Part shown: positions 62,526 through 64,000 of the stretch, piece by piece | Layout of the letters: each line of letters begins with the position of its first letter | How positions within the stretch are numbered: the first letter of the stretch is position 1 | Source: Obrimoposthia wandeli | Lineage: Eukaryota | Direction of reading: 5' to 3' | DNA length: 64,000 nucleotides | Assembly (NCBI GenBank): GCA_977020255.1 | Contig: CDROCS010005497.1 | Coordinates: 62,001 to 126,000 of the forward strand | The notes under the pieces: model-generated | Databases searched by the model: none | What the model saw: only the letters and a program-made list of their open reading frames with translations | Told to the model about the DNA's origin: nothing | Position numbers and translations under genes: made by a program

Positions 62526-63429
62526 CATCTAGCGTAAGGGAAGACAATCCTTACCATACAGACAAAACACTGCCAGCAGTTGCTACTTCCCTTCAGGGCC
62601 AAAGATACAACTATGCAGGTGATGCCAACGTATTCGAGGCAGATACCTACAGCACAGAAGAGTTAAACAGTATACACGTCCCAGAACGACTATTTCAACA
62701 TGCAATGACTAATGGAGTACAATTTGGATCAAGAGCTTCCAGGAGTACACACCGACGAAAGTGACATGACGTAGCTATGCTCTCTATGAAGACTATATAT
62801 CGCTAAACTCTAAGTGTGAAGCTTTGGCCGCAATCTTAGACAAACACTCAGGAGATATTGGAAAATATTCTCGAAACGAGCCTGAACATGGCTTCCATAC
62901 ATTAATTCGTAAACTACTTATAAAGTTAGATACAAGTTGTTCAGGAAACAACTCACACTGCGAGACTAGATATTCTAGTAGTAAAACCGAAGAAGATTTA
63001 GATAATTCGATCAGCTGGTCTGTGATATTCGCAACATACCTTCTATATCCTTTCTCAAAAAAACTTCGTATAGAGCTATACCAATCAGCCTTTATATTAT
63101 GAGCGTGGTTGGCGAGTAGGTTACAAGAAGACGTCACAAGTTCGTGGTAGACCAGACCAGTTATAGGTCAACGAATAAACAATGGAATAGAAGCACTACA
63201 TAGACAGGCTTTTCAAGCTCAGGATATAATTCCTGGTGAAGTGCCTCTACCTATAAGACTTACGGGACAGGTAATTCCAGAGGATCAACAGAGTATTTCT
63301 GAAAGCCAAGCAGACAGATTAACACTTGCACAGGAAAGTCTACGTAGACATCAGGTAGCTAGAAACTCTCCTCCAATTTTATCAGCCTCAGATGCAGTTT
63401 TCTAATGCAAAATATTCTTTACGTCCCTA

Positions 63430-64000
63430 TAGAAGACCAATAACTTATTTCAAAACGGACGAATAAAACTCCCAGCCAAGAACAAATATAAATGGTTCTC
63501 TCAACTTCCGCACTCTCTCTCCATTATGAGCAAAATGGAGAGAATACCAGCCAATCAAACTTACAAAGTTCGACGCAACTGATAACCAAATAAAAGTCTG
63601 GTTAAAACGTATGTATAATCTCTCCTCTTCCAAACCTTCACGGACAAAGGCACGTAAAAGTAGACCGAGACCAACTCCCTGAATCCTTAGGAGACTATGG
63701 GAAAGATCTAAGACGATACCTTAAGCTTAAGAAAGATATGTCCCAGCTAGGTGAAACAGATAACTCACTAATAGCCTCATAAGCTTACCTTCCGACCAAT
63801 CAATCCATGGTCGAGTAGATACAATTGGAGCAGCAACACACCGTTGCACCCATTCGTCCCCAAACTTAGCTCAAATACTCCTCCGGATGGAGTATTCCGA
63901 GGACTATTCACAACCCCTCCAGGTTGCTACACTCATTAAGCTGATTTAGCTAACATAGAGATCCGAGTATTAGCCCACTATCTAGCAAACATATGATGGC
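63430..64000 (+). pseudogene. Frameshifted family A DNA polymerase domain fragments
   Basis: Fragments in different frames: GEYQPIKLTKF, IHGRVDTIGAATHRCTHSSPNLAQI (from 63803), ADLANIEIRVLAHYL (from 63940). Confidence 0.75.

Noticed and set aside
19348-63633. Minus-strand ORFs within the right arm (e.g. 48882-49184, 52782-53153, 54994-55434, 60325-60549, 62793-63137)
   Set aside because: Antisense shadows of plus-strand genes or of the ncRNA array; no RBS or motifs.
61704-64000. Stop-codon reassignment as the explanation for the broken polymerase
   Set aside because: Breaks are mostly frame changes, all other long genes are intact in the standard code, and no suppressor tRNA is present.

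Overview
AT-rich segment of a dsDNA tailed phage. The morphogenesis genes look N4-like (Schitoviridae-like), and promoter/RBS style suggests a Campylobacterota-type host (inference). Left arm (minus strand, 1-18.8 kb): portal, lysis genes, tail fibres, adaptor, terminase subunits, 15 tRNA genes in two operons and a GGDEF gene. Right arm (plus strand, 19.3-64 kb): a compact T7/N4-type RNA polymerase, many small early genes, RNA-repair enzymes, ThyX, aberrant tRNA-like RNAs, a NAMPT-like gene split by a group I intron plus a Prs-like gene, an E1/E2/JAB-like operon, a retron-type RT and a disrupted family A DNA polymerase. Two systems stand out. (1) Each tRNA operon is preceded by a short leader ORF and an intrinsic terminator with an alternative antiterminator pairing; each leader is built from the amino acids of the tRNAs directly downstream, which suggests translation-coupled attenuators sensing tRNA shortage. 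(2) The retron-like RT is followed by a tandem array of three distinct retron-like ncRNA cassettes, each with its own 24-26 bp closing stem, a candidate branching G, a shared covarying hairpin and a variable template region. A circularly permuted tRNA-like gene is also present. All calls were made by eye from motifs and base pairing; no database searches or folding programs were run.
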